Below, piece by piece: positions 41,676 through 52,318 of a DNA stretch of 64,000 bases. The position numbers and the translations under genes are program-made. The notes below the pieces were generated by a model. It was not told where the DNA came from. It did not search any database and saw only the letters and a list, made by a program, of their open reading frames with translations. Origin of the DNA: Thecamonas trahens ATCC 50062 (Eukaryota; Protista; Apusomonadida); contig NW_013657675.1 of the NCBI RefSeq assembly GCF_000142905.1, positions 310,001 through 374,000 on the forward strand, written 5' to 3'. Position 1 is the stretch's first letter. Each line of letters begins with the position of its first letter.

Positions 41676-43316
41676 TTACGGCGAGGCCATGACATTCCAG
41701 ACCTCATTGTCGTCGTCGTCGCCGTTGCCACCAGCGCTGCCGTTCTCAGGCACACTGCTTGATGGCGACATGCCCGGCCCGGTGTGGCCGTACTCGGCGG
41801 TGACATCGAGGGCGGTCGGGGTGATGAGCATGGCAACCGGCTCCGGTTCGTCGACGACGGCTGGTGGGTGCTGCGGAGAGACCGAAGGCTCGGTGCCGAT
41901 TTGGTTGGCCTCGTAGGTGCTTGCGTCGACAAAGACGGCGGTGGTGGTGCCAGACGGCGACTCGCCGACATCCATGTCGATGACAACGGGCACGTCCTGA
42001 TCGCCAGTGACCGACTCCTCTGAGGCCGAGGCTGAAGCCGAGGCGTCGTCATCGGCGGCGGCGGAGGCGGCAGCTGCTGCTGCCTGGCGCTCAGCAGCAG
42101 ATGGGATAGCGCCGCCGAGGCGGGCGGCGGTGATGTGCTCGGGATGGTCCACATGAACAGCACGGGTGTTGTACGAGCCACAGTGGCTGCACTTGTGGCC
42201 GCGAAAGTTGAACGGCACCTGGCAGCGACCGGAGCAGTCGTTGCAGAGGAGATGTGCGACCGACTCGGCGTAGTCCTCGGGCATGGGCGAGAGCGCCATG
42301 AGGTTGTCGAGACGGCGCCACTGCTCGGTCATGTCGTAGATGGTCTTGGAGCAGAGCGGGCAAACGAGCGAGGACTCAACGTACTCCCGGAAGCACGACT
42401 CGTGCATGCAGTGGCCGCAGCGCGGCAGGATCTGGATCGACTCGGTCGACGTGAACATGTAGTCGCGGCAGACCGGGCAGTTGGACATGATGTTCTTCTC
42501 GATGCAGATGTGGTTCTCCAGATCGATCGAGAGGCACATCTGGCACGTGTCACAGTGCCAAAAGTCGATGCCGAGGCCCTCGCCGACCCGGCAGAGCCCG
42601 CACTTGTCGCAGTGGTAGATCGACTTGTTCGGGTTGCCGTCAAACAAGTTGCATTTGAGGCAGGTGTACGAGGCAAACGCGATGTTGCAATTAGCACAGT
42701 TGGTCGCCGGTGCCTGCTCGGTCCCGCACTCCATGCACAGGATCTTGCTCACCGAAAACCGATCCAGCACATGGTCGGGATCGCCGGTCTCCTCATCGTG
42801 GCACAGCCGACATGTCACAAACTTGGAGCAGCACTCAGCCCAGAGCTTGCACTTGCGTGGATAGTGCTTGCACCCCAGAATCCCCTCGTCATCGCCAGTC
42901 TCGCTCGGTGGCGAGTACCAACTCTTGGCCTTGTCGTCGCACTCATCGCTAGTCGCCTGACTTGCTCCAGCATTTCCGCTCCTCCACTTGGCCATCATGA
43001 TGTCCTGTGCATCCCCCCTCCCCAAAATCCCACTGCCGTAAGTTCTGTCTCTATCCATCCACGACAAAGCATGCCGTGCAGAGAGTGTGCCTCTGCCCGC
43101 GTCCTTCGTCCCATCCCGACTCTGCGAACCTTCCACTCGGACCACTCCCCCCTCTCCCCGACACAACGCCACCATATACAAGCTCATGCCATCCTCACCC
43201 TCACTACCTACCTGGATCTTGCGAGACTTTTCCGCAGGGCTCAAACTCGCGTCCCGCTGGATGGCCAGAACCTTCTTCCGAAGCACCGACTGGGCATCCT
43301 CTTCGCCTGAGCTCAT
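41676..43316 (-). CDS. RCHY1: RING and CHY zinc finger E3 ligase (Pirh2); in-frame intron 43005-43211
   Basis: GCKHYPRKCKL...CRLCHDE (CHY), CLKCNLFD...HCDKCGLCRVG (CTCHY), CPVC...CGHCMH...CPLC (RING), LCNDC...KCSHCGSYNT. Confidence 0.93.
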   Translation of the reverse strand: MSSGEEDAQSVLRKKVLAIQRDASLSPAEKSRKIQVGSEGEDGMSLYMVALCRGEGGVVRVEGSQSRDGTKDAGRGTLSARHALSWMDRDRTYGSGILGRGDAQDIMMAKWRSGNAGASQATSDECDDKAKSWYSPPSETGDDEGILGCKHYPRKCKLWAECCSKFVTCRLCHDEETGDPDHVLDRFSVSKILCMECGTEQAPATNCANCNIAFASYTCLKCNLFDGNPNKSIYHCDKCGLCRVGEGLGIDFWHCDTCQMCLSIDLENHICIEKNIMSNCPVCRDYMFTSTESIQILPRCGHCMHESCFREYVESSLVCPLCSKTIYDMTEQWRRLDNLMALSPMPEDYAESVAHLLCNDCSGRCQVPFNFRGHKCSHCGSYNTRAVHVDHPEHITAARLGGAIPSAAERQAAAAAASAAADDDASASASASEESVTGDQDVPVVIDMDVGESPSGTTTAVFVDASTYEANQIGTEPSVSPQHPPAVVDEPEPVAMLITPTALDVTAEYGHTGPGMSPSSSVPENGSAGGNGDDDDNEVWNVMASP

Positions 43317-43563
43317 GGTGTCGAGTCAAGTCGAGTGTGCCAGCCACCGAGAGCGACTTGTGTTTACTTCATCACAGTCAATTGGGTGGCGGGTGGTGGA
43401 AGCAATTAGCAGGATAGATCGCGGAGTAAGGACGTGTGCCGGTCTGATTGCATGGCTGCTTCTAGTTGGGTGCGCTGCTTTGTGCGGCAGGGCAAGATGC
43501 TGGCGAGCTCTGACGAGGCGGCGCCGCCGCCGCTGAAGGTAGACAGGGAATGACCATGATTTA

Positions 43564-44103
43564 TCAGTGCGGCTGAGGCACAAAGCCGTCGACGGCAAAG
43601 TTGCGGGTGGCGGCCGGGAGGGTGACGCGAATGCCGTCGATGTCGGGGCTCATGACGATCTGGCAGCCGAGGCGCGAGGTCTCGGTGAGGCCAAAGGCGA
43701 GATCGAGCATGTCCTCCTCTTCCTCCTCAGGCTCGGGGAGCTTGTCGAAAAAGTCGTCGTCGACAATGACATGACATGTCGAGCAGGCTAGCGAGGCCTC
43801 GCACGCGCCTTCGAGCTCAATGCCGTTGTCGTGGGCGATGGCCAGGAGATGCTGCCCATTCTCGCCCTCGACCGCCAGCTCTTCGCCCTCGGGCGTGACA
43901 AAGACCACGTTGGCCACCGTCCCGTCACCCTTCCAGCCCGGGTCCGACCCAGTGCATGCGAATGCCGAGGCCGAGAACGCCCGAACGGCGCTCACGCCTC
44001 CAGCGACGGCGACCGTGCCCGCGTCGGCCGTCGCTGTCGCCCTTGACGCGCTGCGCGTCGCCACCGCACCACCCGCGCGAACCGCCGCCGCCCTGCTTGC
44101 CAT
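43564..44103 (-). CDS. Mitochondrial [2Fe-2S] ferredoxin (adrenodoxin/FDX2/Yah1 type)
   Basis: Ala/Arg-rich presequence; EGACEASLACSTCHV...DMLDLAFGLTETSRLGCQ. Confidence 0.95.
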   Translation of the reverse strand: MASRAAAVRAGGAVATRSASRATATADAGTVAVAGGVSAVRAFSASAFACTGSDPGWKGDGTVANVVFVTPEGEELAVEGENGQHLLAIAHDNGIELEGACEASLACSTCHVIVDDDFFDKLPEPEEEEEDMLDLAFGLTETSRLGCQIVMSPDIDGIRVTLPAATRNFAVDGFVPQPH

Positions 44104-44349
44104 CCGCACACCAACCACAGCACTCCAGAGCATTCGTAACCTTGCAGTGGTCCGTTGCAGTCGAGTGTAGTAGGACACTCGCGTACACGAGCTCGCCGGC
44201 GACCCCGCCCGACGGGGGGCGAGTCAGACCGGAGGATGTCGCTCACCGACCAACAGCAGCCAGCAGCCGCACACCCATCCAACAGCGCATTCGCTCAAAG
44301 GCAGGCTAGGCCAAGGTAGTGGGGGGCATTTACAAGCGTTCCGATGCGG

Positions 44350-45971
44350 TCAGAGGCCAAACAGTGACATCAATGACGGCCCGGCGTAGGCCATGGGCTT
44401 GACGTTCGGGTGCGGAACGGCCTCGAACGAGGTGATGTGCGGCTTGAGCTCCGAGTCGAAGCGGATAAAGGCGCCCTTGTTGCCGACCTGGTCACAGTAG
44501 TTCGGGGCAGAGAATACTGTGATGAGCTTGCCGTCGGCCTCAATAAGGTAGCCCTCGTCCTTGACCTCGTGCGAACGGACGAGGAGCTCGAGGCCATTGG
44601 CCTCGAGGAAGCGCTTGGTGACGTCGGGACCAAAGGCGACGCCGACGCCGCGCTTGGACGGCGCGCGGCCTGGGTAGGGGTGCGGGTCGGACCAGAGGAT
44701 CTCGCACATGAGGCCCTCGTCGGGCGGCTGACAGAAGCGGTCGATGGCGCGGATGTCGTCGAGGGTCACGTCGTCGCGCGAGAACAGACCACCGTGCATA
44801 ACGATGACCTTGCCGCCGAGCACCACGCAGAGCGGGAGCGAGTTGAACAGATCAGTGAAGAGGCGCATGGTGCGGTCGTCGTACTTGGCCTTGACCTCGC
44901 CCTCAAAGCCGTACATCTGGTTCATGTTCTTCGACTCGTGGTTGCCGCGCGTCATGAAGAATGCCTTGGGATAGAGCACCTTGTACGCGAGCATGGTGAA
45001 GATGATCTCCACGCCAAACGAGCCGCGGTCGACAAAGTCGCCGTTGAACAGGTACGGGTTGGTCTCCGACGGCGGGCCGTTGAGCTCGAAGATGTTGCAA
45101 AAGTCGTAGAACTGGCCGTGGACGTCGCCGCAGACGGTAAAGGCGTCGTTGACCGGGACGTCGACGAGCGACGGCTCCGCCGCAAAGATGGGCTTGGCCA
45201 GCGCCAGCAGCTTGAGCGCATACTTGCGGTGAGCTTGCCCTGCGCCTTAAAAGTGGCAATGAGCTCCTCCACAAACGAGACCGTGATGTCGCCGTCGAAC
45301 CGCGGCCCGGTGTACGAGTCCTCGACGGCAATCGAGTCGTAGTCGAGGTTGTCAAACGGTGAGGCCTCGTCGGTCGCCTCGCCCGACGCGATGGCCGCCT
45401 CAAACGCCATGCGCTTGACGGCCTTCTCGCACTCCTTGAGCTTGTTGCGGGCCGTGGCATTGCGCGGCTTGAGCTTGACCACGCGCTTAAAGTCCTTCAG
45501 TGCCTCCTTGTAGTGCCCGAGGCAAAAGTTGGCCGATCCACGCCGGTAGTAGCCCTTGACGTAGTCGGGATCGAGCTCGATGGCCGAGTTGGCGTCGGTC
45601 AACGCCGCGCCGTACGCCTCCATCTTGATGTGCGCAAACGCCCTGTTTGCGTAGTACACCGCCGAGTTGGGATTGATCTTGATCGCCTCCGAGTACGCCT
45701 CCAGCGACTGCCCGTAGTGCGCCTCTATCTCACGCACCACACCGCCCTGCTTCCGTCAGTCCTCACGCCGCCTCGCCACTGCCCTGCCCATCCGCAGAAA
45801 AATGGCTCAGCCGAGGCCCCTTCTCGACGCACCCCCACACCGTCCAAGCCCCGCACGGTCCGACACACCCCCGCCTCCGTCCCGCCCATCTAACGTACCC
45901 TGGAAGTACTGGTTGCCCTTGTTCTTCAGCTCATCCGCACGCCTCTGCTCCTCCTCAGACACCGCCGCCAT
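44350..45971 (-). CDS. PPP5C: Ser/Thr protein phosphatase 5 (TPR + PPP domain); intron 45725-45898; 1-bp frameshift at ~45231
   Basis: [31 protein letters not shown] TPRs; [31 protein letters not shown]; C-terminal [11 protein letters not shown]. Confidence 0.95.
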
Positions 45972-46085
45972 GATGGTTCGCAAAGTGAGGTCGGCCGACC
46001 AGCGGTTGTTCGCCGCAAGCCTTTGCTTGGCCTCAGCCGGCCGGCCACATCTGGCGGAGGGGGGGGGGGGGGGGGGGTGGCCGGC

Positions 46086-46187
46086 GAACCGGACACGATT
46101 ATTTGTTGTTGAGGTATTCGAGAACCGAACACGATTATTTGTTGTAGACGTATTCGAGAACGATTACTCTGTTGGTTGAGGTAATCG
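46086..46187. repeat. 36-bp AT-rich tandem duplication (2 copies plus a partial third)
   Basis: GAACCGGACACGATTATTTGTTGTTGAGGTATTCGA / GAACCGAACACGATTATTTGTTGTAGACGTATTCGA / GAACGATTACTCTGTTGGTTGAGGTAATCG. Confidence 0.85.
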
Positions 46188-46281
46188 TTCGTGAACAGAT
46201 CCAGGTCGCATTCCTTCGCCTCCCTCCCCCCTCCTCGCCAGGCTCCAACACAACCTCACACACCACCCACAACGGCTCATC

Positions 46282-46557
46282 ATGGAGGACATGGATGTGA
46301 TTGGCTTCCCCGGTGACGAGTTTGCTGGCGAGGACGATGAGGACCAGCTTTATGCTGTCCTGGCCGAGACCGAGAACGCCACCACGCCTGCCCTCCGCGC
46401 CCGCCTTCGCAAGCAGCTGGCAGCCCGCCACGTCCACAAGTCGTTCGATAACAAGCTGCCTGATGACTTTGACGATGACGAGTACTCATTGCGGCCGCTG
46501 CCGTCGTCTGCCTCTGCTCCTCCTCGTCCTGCGCCATCATCGGCGCCGTCAACATGA
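46282..46557 (+). CDS. Small acidic protein, weakly CSN9/CSNAP-like
   Basis: Coding-like codon usage between two low-complexity spacers; HVHKSFDNKLPDDFDDDE resembles the F/D-rich CSNAP tail. Confidence 0.45.
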   Translation: MEDMDVIGFPGDEFAGEDDEDQLYAVLAETENATTPALRARLRKQLAARHVHKSFDNKLPDDFDDDEYSLRPLPSSASAPPRPAPSSAPST

Positions 46558-47071
46558 TGCACCCTCACGCACCTGACCTTCACTACGCCCAACGCCCAAC
46601 GACCAACGCCGCACACCTTACCCTTCGCCCTACACTACGCTCATCGCTACTCTTCCCGACCTACTCTGGGCACCGCACACTCACACACACGCAAGCACGC
46701 GCTCACGCTTGTTCTCTCTCTCTCTCTCTCTCTATTTCTCGCTCTCGATCTCGCCCTGGCCACTTACAATACCCCACCTCATCTCCATCGCCCCTCCTCC
46801 CCCCCCCCCCACATCCCCTACATCCCCGATCTAACCCCCATACACACACATACACACACACGCATATACATATAAACACACCACACACCTTACCCAATCT
46901 CTCGCCACCTACGCAACCACCTCTTCACGCTGGTCGCCACAACGCCACAACGCAGCAGGCCAAACTGAGCCCAGCCAGAAAGGAGCCCTTCACCCTCCCT
47001 CTCCACACTTCCCTCTCCCTACCCCCCACCCCCCCCCACCCCCCCACCCCACCCCACCCAAAACACACACC

Positions 47072-49708
47072 ATGGGTGCCATGGCCTCACACCCGCTGGT
47101 GCCATATAGCCGTGACAGGGCACGGAGGAGGCGACGAACGAGGAGGCTGAGGCGGAGTGCACGGAGAGCAGGTGGCGGACGACGAGGCGGACATGCCCTG
47201 GCTCATCAACGGCTGGTGGCTGGCACAGCGACAGACTTGGCTGACTTGGACGACTCGACAGACTCGGCAGACTCGACAGACTCGGCATCAACAGTCTCGG
47301 ACGGCTCGTCGTCGGGCGGCTCGGGCGCCTCGCTCTGGCTCTTCGAGTCGTACTCGGACTCGGATGCTGGCGATGGCGAGTCGGTCCCGGTTGTGGAGCT
47401 GCCACGGGCGTGGTCATCCACATGGGCCGCCGTCTACGGCCTCCGCTCTCGTGGCCGAGCCACTCATGTTGTTGGCGCTACCGGCTGGCGGTGGGCTGGC
47501 CTCGGTGTGCTCGGCGCCTCGCGCCCGGTCTGCCCGCCGCTCACGCCGCCTCCGCTTACGCTCGCTGCCGCCCGCGACGCCCTCAACCCGCGTCTCGCTC
47601 CCGCTCTCCCGCATCCGCCGTCAGACGACGCCGACACTCTCCGCCTTGCACCGAGCCGCGCCGAGATTGACGCATGGTGGTCATCGCGCCACCGGGCCGG
47701 CCTCGGATGGCACCTCCCGCTGAGGGAGCTGCTGCCGTATCCGAGCCTCCGGCTTGACCTGCCCAACCCGGCCCCTCTTGCCGCCGCCATCTCGCGCTTC
47801 TTTACAACCGCTTGGATGCGCGGCGACTACGACAGCCTCCGCCCGGTTTTGCAGACCATCCACGCCCTCGTCGACGCCCGCCAGTACCGGGAGGCCCTCC
47901 GCTGGCTCGACGCCTTTGACAACGACGCCTGGCTCGTCTCCATCGAGGACTACCACCGCGCCGACGCCCGGCTGCAGGGCATCGGCGGCGGCCCGGCGCC
48001 ACACTTTTCCGCCCTCATCCTCGACTCACTCGCTGTCGAGCCGCTCCTCCTCCGCTCCTCGGTCTACCTTGCCCTCTACCTCGACGAAGGCAAATCGTCG
48101 CTCCTCGCTGCTGCCCTTGACGTCTACCACGAGCTCGTCGGCCTCAAGCAAGAGCTTGCCCTCCCGCTCGCCCGCAACCTCCTTGCCGCTCACCTCTTTG
48201 ACCACGCCTGGTCTTTTGTCTCCACCGCCCTCCACGCAAAGCCGACTGCAGAGGTCATCGTTGCGCTCTCCACACAAGCCAAGCTTGCCCGCGAGCTGCT
48301 CGAGTGGCGCGCCGCCTTTGCCGGCCCGCACCCTTCTACAATCATCCCGCACCACCTAGCGTCTGCTCCCGACGCCGAGCCTTTAGTTGTCCTCGCGCCG
48401 GTGGTTGTCGGCAACGCCCTTCGTGCGGCCGCCCAGCAAGGTATCTCGCTCGCCCACTTTCGCGCCGCCGCCTTTCTTATCCCCTCCTCACCGGTTCTTT
48501 CCTTTGAGTACGGGCTCGCCGTCCAGGAATCCGGCGATCCCGCTGCTGCCGCCGTGCAGTATGAGCAGGCTGTCAACCTCGCCCCGAACGAGTCGCTGTA
48601 CCTCTTTCAGCGCGCGTGCTTTGAGCTCGCCCACGGCGAGCCCGACCGCGCGATCAACCTCTTTGCCGCCGTCGCCCGCCTTGCAGACACCACCTCGGCC
48701 CTCCACGCGCTCATACTCGGCTACGCACTGGTTGAGCTGGGCGAGTTTGAGCCGGCGCTCTCCGCCCTCGACATTGCCACAGCCTTCCAGCCGGCGTGGG
48801 CCGCTCCACTCCGTCTCGCTGGCTACATTCACGCATCGTGTGGTGCCCACCCTGCCGCCGTCCGAGCCCTTGCCACCGCTCTCGAGCGCGCCCCGCGCAA
48901 CGCAGCCATCAAGTTTCAGCTCGCCCTCGAGTTCATTGCCCTCCATCAGCACCTCCAGGCCGACGAGCTCCTCTCCGAAGTCATGCAGCGCTATCCTGAC
49001 TTTGCCGCCGGCCATTACTGGCATGCCAAGGTGCTCAGCGCCCAGGGCCAGCGCAAGGCCGCACTCCGCGCCCTGCTCAAAACCATCGAGCTTGAGCCGC
49101 GCCACGTCGCTGCCTATCTCGACCTCGCCCGCGCCTACGCTGCAAACGGGGCCCTTCAGGAAGCGCAGCGCCTCACTCGCCGCGCCCTTGCTCTCGCCGC
49201 CGAGCACGGGCCCACGCCGCCGCCGCCGCCCACTCCCACCCCGTCCATCCTCCGCCTGCCCTCGGCCATGGACGCCTCGCTCCGCTCATGGTCCGGCGTC
49301 GAGGACGAGCTCGCCTCGCTCGCCTCGTCCGCCACCTACCTCTCGGCCTCGTCGTCTTCGCCCTCACTCGATTCATCAACCTCGGCCGACTCGTCGTCCC
49401 GCAAGACCTCGTCCGGCTCTGCGCCGCGCTCCGCTGACCACTATCGTCCGCTGCGCCCTGACGACGACGAAGGCGACATCGACGTCGACGTCCTCCAGGA
49501 TGCCCGCGACGCCCGCGGCCTCGTCCACGGCGTCGCCCCACCACTCTTCTACACCATCCTCGAGGCCGAAGCCGACCCCGGCAGCGACACGCTGGTCTCG
49601 TCGCCGTTCACTCCCGAGCCGTTTGGCCATCTCGACTCGCTCCGCGCCTCGGCCCATCGCCTTAACCAAAAGATCGTCATCAAGATGAATCGGCTCCACG
49701 GCCGATGA
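47072..49708 (+). CDS. Tetratricopeptide repeat protein
   Basis: Tandem TPR-like helices, e.g. YGLAVQESGDPAAAAVQYEQAVNLAPN, LGYALVELGEFEPALSALDIA, AKVLSAQGQRKAALRALLKTIELEPRH; start uncertain. Confidence 0.8.
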   Translation: MGAMASHPLVPYSRDRARRRRRTRRLRRSARRAGGGRRGGHALAHQRLVAGTATDLADLDDSTDSADSTDSASTVSDGSSSGGSGASLWLFESYSDSDAGDGESVPVVELPRAWSSTWAAVYGLRSRGRATHVVGATGWRWAGLGVLGASRPVCPPLTPPPLTLAAARDALNPRLAPALPHPPSDDADTLRLAPSRAEIDAWWSSRHRAGLGWHLPLRELLPYPSLRLDLPNPAPLAAAISRFFTTAWMRGDYDSLRPVLQTIHALVDARQYREALRWLDAFDNDAWLVSIEDYHRADARLQGIGGGPAPHFSALILDSLAVEPLLLRSSVYLALYLDEGKSSLLAAALDVYHELVGLKQELALPLARNLLAAHLFDHAWSFVSTALHAKPTAEVIVALSTQAKLARELLEWRAAFAGPHPSTIIPHHLASAPDAEPLVVLAPVVVGNALRAAAQQGISLAHFRAAAFLIPSSPVLSFEYGLAVQESGDPAAAAVQYEQAVNLAPNESLYLFQRACFELAHGEPDRAINLFAAVARLADTTSALHALILGYALVELGEFEPALSALDIATAFQPAWAAPLRLAGYIHASCGAHPAAVRALATALERAPRNAAIKFQLALEFIALHQHLQADELLSEVMQRYPDFAAGHYWHAKVLSAQGQRKAALRALLKTIELEPRHVAAYLDLARAYAANGALQEAQRLTRRALALAAEHGPTPPPPPTPTPSILRLPSAMDASLRSWSGVEDELASLASSATYLSASSSSPSLDSSTSADSSSRKTSSGSAPRSADHYRPLRPDDDEGDIDVDVLQDARDARGLVHGVAPPLFYTILEAEADPGSDTLVSSPFTPEPFGHLDSLRASAHRLNQKIVIKMNRLHGR

Positions 49709-49753
49709 TCGATTGCATTTAGTAAGGCAGACGCGGCAAAGGCGCTGCGCCGC

Positions 49754-51906
49754 TCACGCAGAGCCGAGGTTAGCAAGCGGATCAAAGGCCACCTCTTCGA
49801 TGTGGAACGGCTGGTACACGTTATACGCGCCAGGATCCAGCGCCGTCCGCGCCACAGGCTCCTGCACAAAGTCCTCTACAAACGCCAGCCGCTCGCGCCG
49901 GACATGCGGCTCTGGGTTGCCGAGCGGTGCCAGAAAGTGAACGTAGAACAGCGGCCAGAGTTCAGAGATCATAGTCGAAAAGACCGGGCCGGCCGCTCCC
50001 ACACTCCGCCGCTCAGACTTGGTCATGTGCCGCGTCTTGGCCGCCCACATGATCTCCAGCCACTCGATCATGTCCGGCTCGTCAAGCATCATCGGGAAGA
50101 GCGTGAGCACAGGATCGTACGAGACCGCCGTCGCCCGGCTCGCCTCGCCGCTGTCCCCAGCCTCGCCCGCCCCGCCGCTCGGCCCAAGCAGCCGCGCCGC
50201 GAGCAGCTGCCGGAACAGCACCAGCAGCGGCAGCGTCGAAAACGACGCCAGAAACGTCGACGGCAGGAAGCCCGACGCGTGCATGTGCGACCGCGAGAGC
50301 GAGCCGAGCTTCAGCTTGAGCTTGGGCCCCGCCCGCTTTGAGAACACCTTCCACATCGGGATCCGCTGCGCCTCGATCTCCTGCTGCGAGATGAGGGTTG
50401 TGGGCGCTTGCGGCGATCCGCCGTGCAGGGGAAGCGTGTATGATGACAGGTCCACCAGCTTGCCGTCGCGGTCCGGAAACAGCGGCAGCGTTGTCCATCC
50501 TGCAGACACCTCGCCAGACTCGATGATCCGGCCCTGCGGGTGCGCAGCGTCGACTTCGCCGCGACGGACAAACACCATCGCAAGCTCGACAAGAAGACAC
50601 ATCCGCGACGCAGCCTCCACAGACGGCGGCGCCGGAAACCGAACCACTAGCACGTTGTCATGCTCCTCCGACGACGGCACAAACCCGCCGTGCCGCGGAA
50701 ACTTCCACTGCTCACGGATCCGCGTCGTCGTTCCAACCTCGGCCGAGAACTGCGAATCTTTCGTCGCCACCACCACGTGGATGTTTGAGAGGATTGACTC
50801 GCCGTCAAAGAGGCAGATCCGCGCCTTGCGCTCCAGAATCTCTGCATAGTTGCCGGGCGTCGGCACGCCGAGCGCCGTCGTCAGCCGGACTGCAAACGTT
50901 GACCGCGAGTACACCGGCCGCAGCTCACCCGTGTTGCGCTCTACCGCAAGGTCAGCGTATCCGAGCCCGTGCGAGGCAAGCGCCGGGATGAGATGTGCCG
51001 ACGGCCGGTGGTGTCCAAGCTCGTAGATGTGCGCCAGCGTTGACCCGCGCACACCGGGGTACCACCCCTCGAGCACAGACGCCATCTGGGCGCCCTGCCG
51101 AAACGTCTTGCGCAGCTGCTCCCAGTGCTGTCCGGTGACATGCGAGACCGCTGTCGACGGCTCGCTTGGTGCCACTGCGCCCGCAGCCGCGGCTTCCTCT
51201 TGCCACTCGTCGTCATCACTCTCAATCGGCGGCGCCGCCGCAGCCCCGGTGACCTGCTGCGCCACCTCGGCCCCGCTGCCAGCGTCGCCCTTGGGCTTGC
51301 GCGACGACCGCCGCCGTCTCTTCCGCCGCCGCGACTCGCCGTTGCCTTCCGCCGTCGGTATCACGTTCTCCTCCTCCAACTCGACCTCCCTCTCCTCTTT
51401 CACCACCGCGCCGCCATCGTCGCTCTTCTGCGACTTGCGCGACTTGCGCGACCGCCGCCGCCTTCCGTGGCGCCTGCGCTTGACGCGGTACTTTTTGCGC
51501 GATCCAAACTCGCCAGCATCACCATCGCAATTCTCTTCCTCACCTCCATCATCATCCTCGCCGCGGTCCTCGTCCGACTCGCCTTCCGAGTCACTCAGAT
51601 CTTCCGGTCCGCACACATCGTCGGTTGCAAACTGCTCGTCCTCCACCTCCTTGTCCTTCCGCGACTGGGCCTCATCAGCATATCCCATGCCATCAACAAC
51701 TCCTACCTCATCTATCGCTCCGCCCAAGTGAGTCGCTCTCTTTACCCTCGCCCCAGTTGCCCGCTCAGCAAGCCTGTCGCTCTTTGGCGCGCAAACGGCA
51801 CCGGGCCGTCGACCGACCTACCGTCGTCAAGCATGAGCTCCTCAAGGTCGTCAGCCTCAACCTTGTTAAGGTCCACGCCCTCGTAGTCCTCGTGGCCCTC
51901 TGCCAT
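49754..51906 (-). CDS. NPHP1: Nephrocystin-1 homolog (ciliary transition zone); exons 51822-51906, 49754-51711
   Basis: RICLFDGESILSNIHVV, LLVEL, GEVSAGW, LHGGSP, FRQLLA, PVLTLFPMMLDEPDM, KSERR, QPFHIEE match the NPHP1 C-terminal domain. Confidence 0.85.
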
Positions 51907-52318
51907 GTGTCTCTTGCCAGAAGGGGAAGCCGAGGGTGCGGTGTGGCACTCGCTACGGCACTCGCTGTGGCCGCGGACGGGGCGGCAGAGTCGGGCGCGC
52001 TGAGCCATTCGTCGGCAAACTTCGTTGCGATCAATCACTGACGCAACGGCCGCCACCACAGCCACCTCCCGGGCGGGAGCTAGTATGCCAAGCGCAGGCT
52101 GAATCGCCACGACATGGACACTGGGAGGAACATAACTCCGTGGCAGAGGGCTAAGCCAGATGAATCACACGCAGCAGTCTTATTCCTGGCTGCCTGCATC
52201 GCGGCATCGGTCTTGGTGCGGCGGAAGTGAGAGGACCAAAGGCTCATTTTTCCAGCGCTCGCGTCTGGACCACTCGCTCACCTCCACCACTCTCTCCCCA
52301 CCTCTTACAATCTCAACA

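Noticed and set aside
43005-43211. 69-aa insertion in RCHY1 as read by the ORF track
   Set aside because: Bounded by GTAGGT and CAG, 207 nt, with intron-like composition; best explained as a stop-free in-frame intron
44350-45971. Pseudogene status for PP5 and the other frameshifted genes
   Set aside because: One lesion each, all catalytic motifs intact, no additional stops; assembly error is more parsimonious
46086-46187. CRISPR array
   Set aside because: 36-bp units are directly adjacent with no unique spacers, and there are no cas genes
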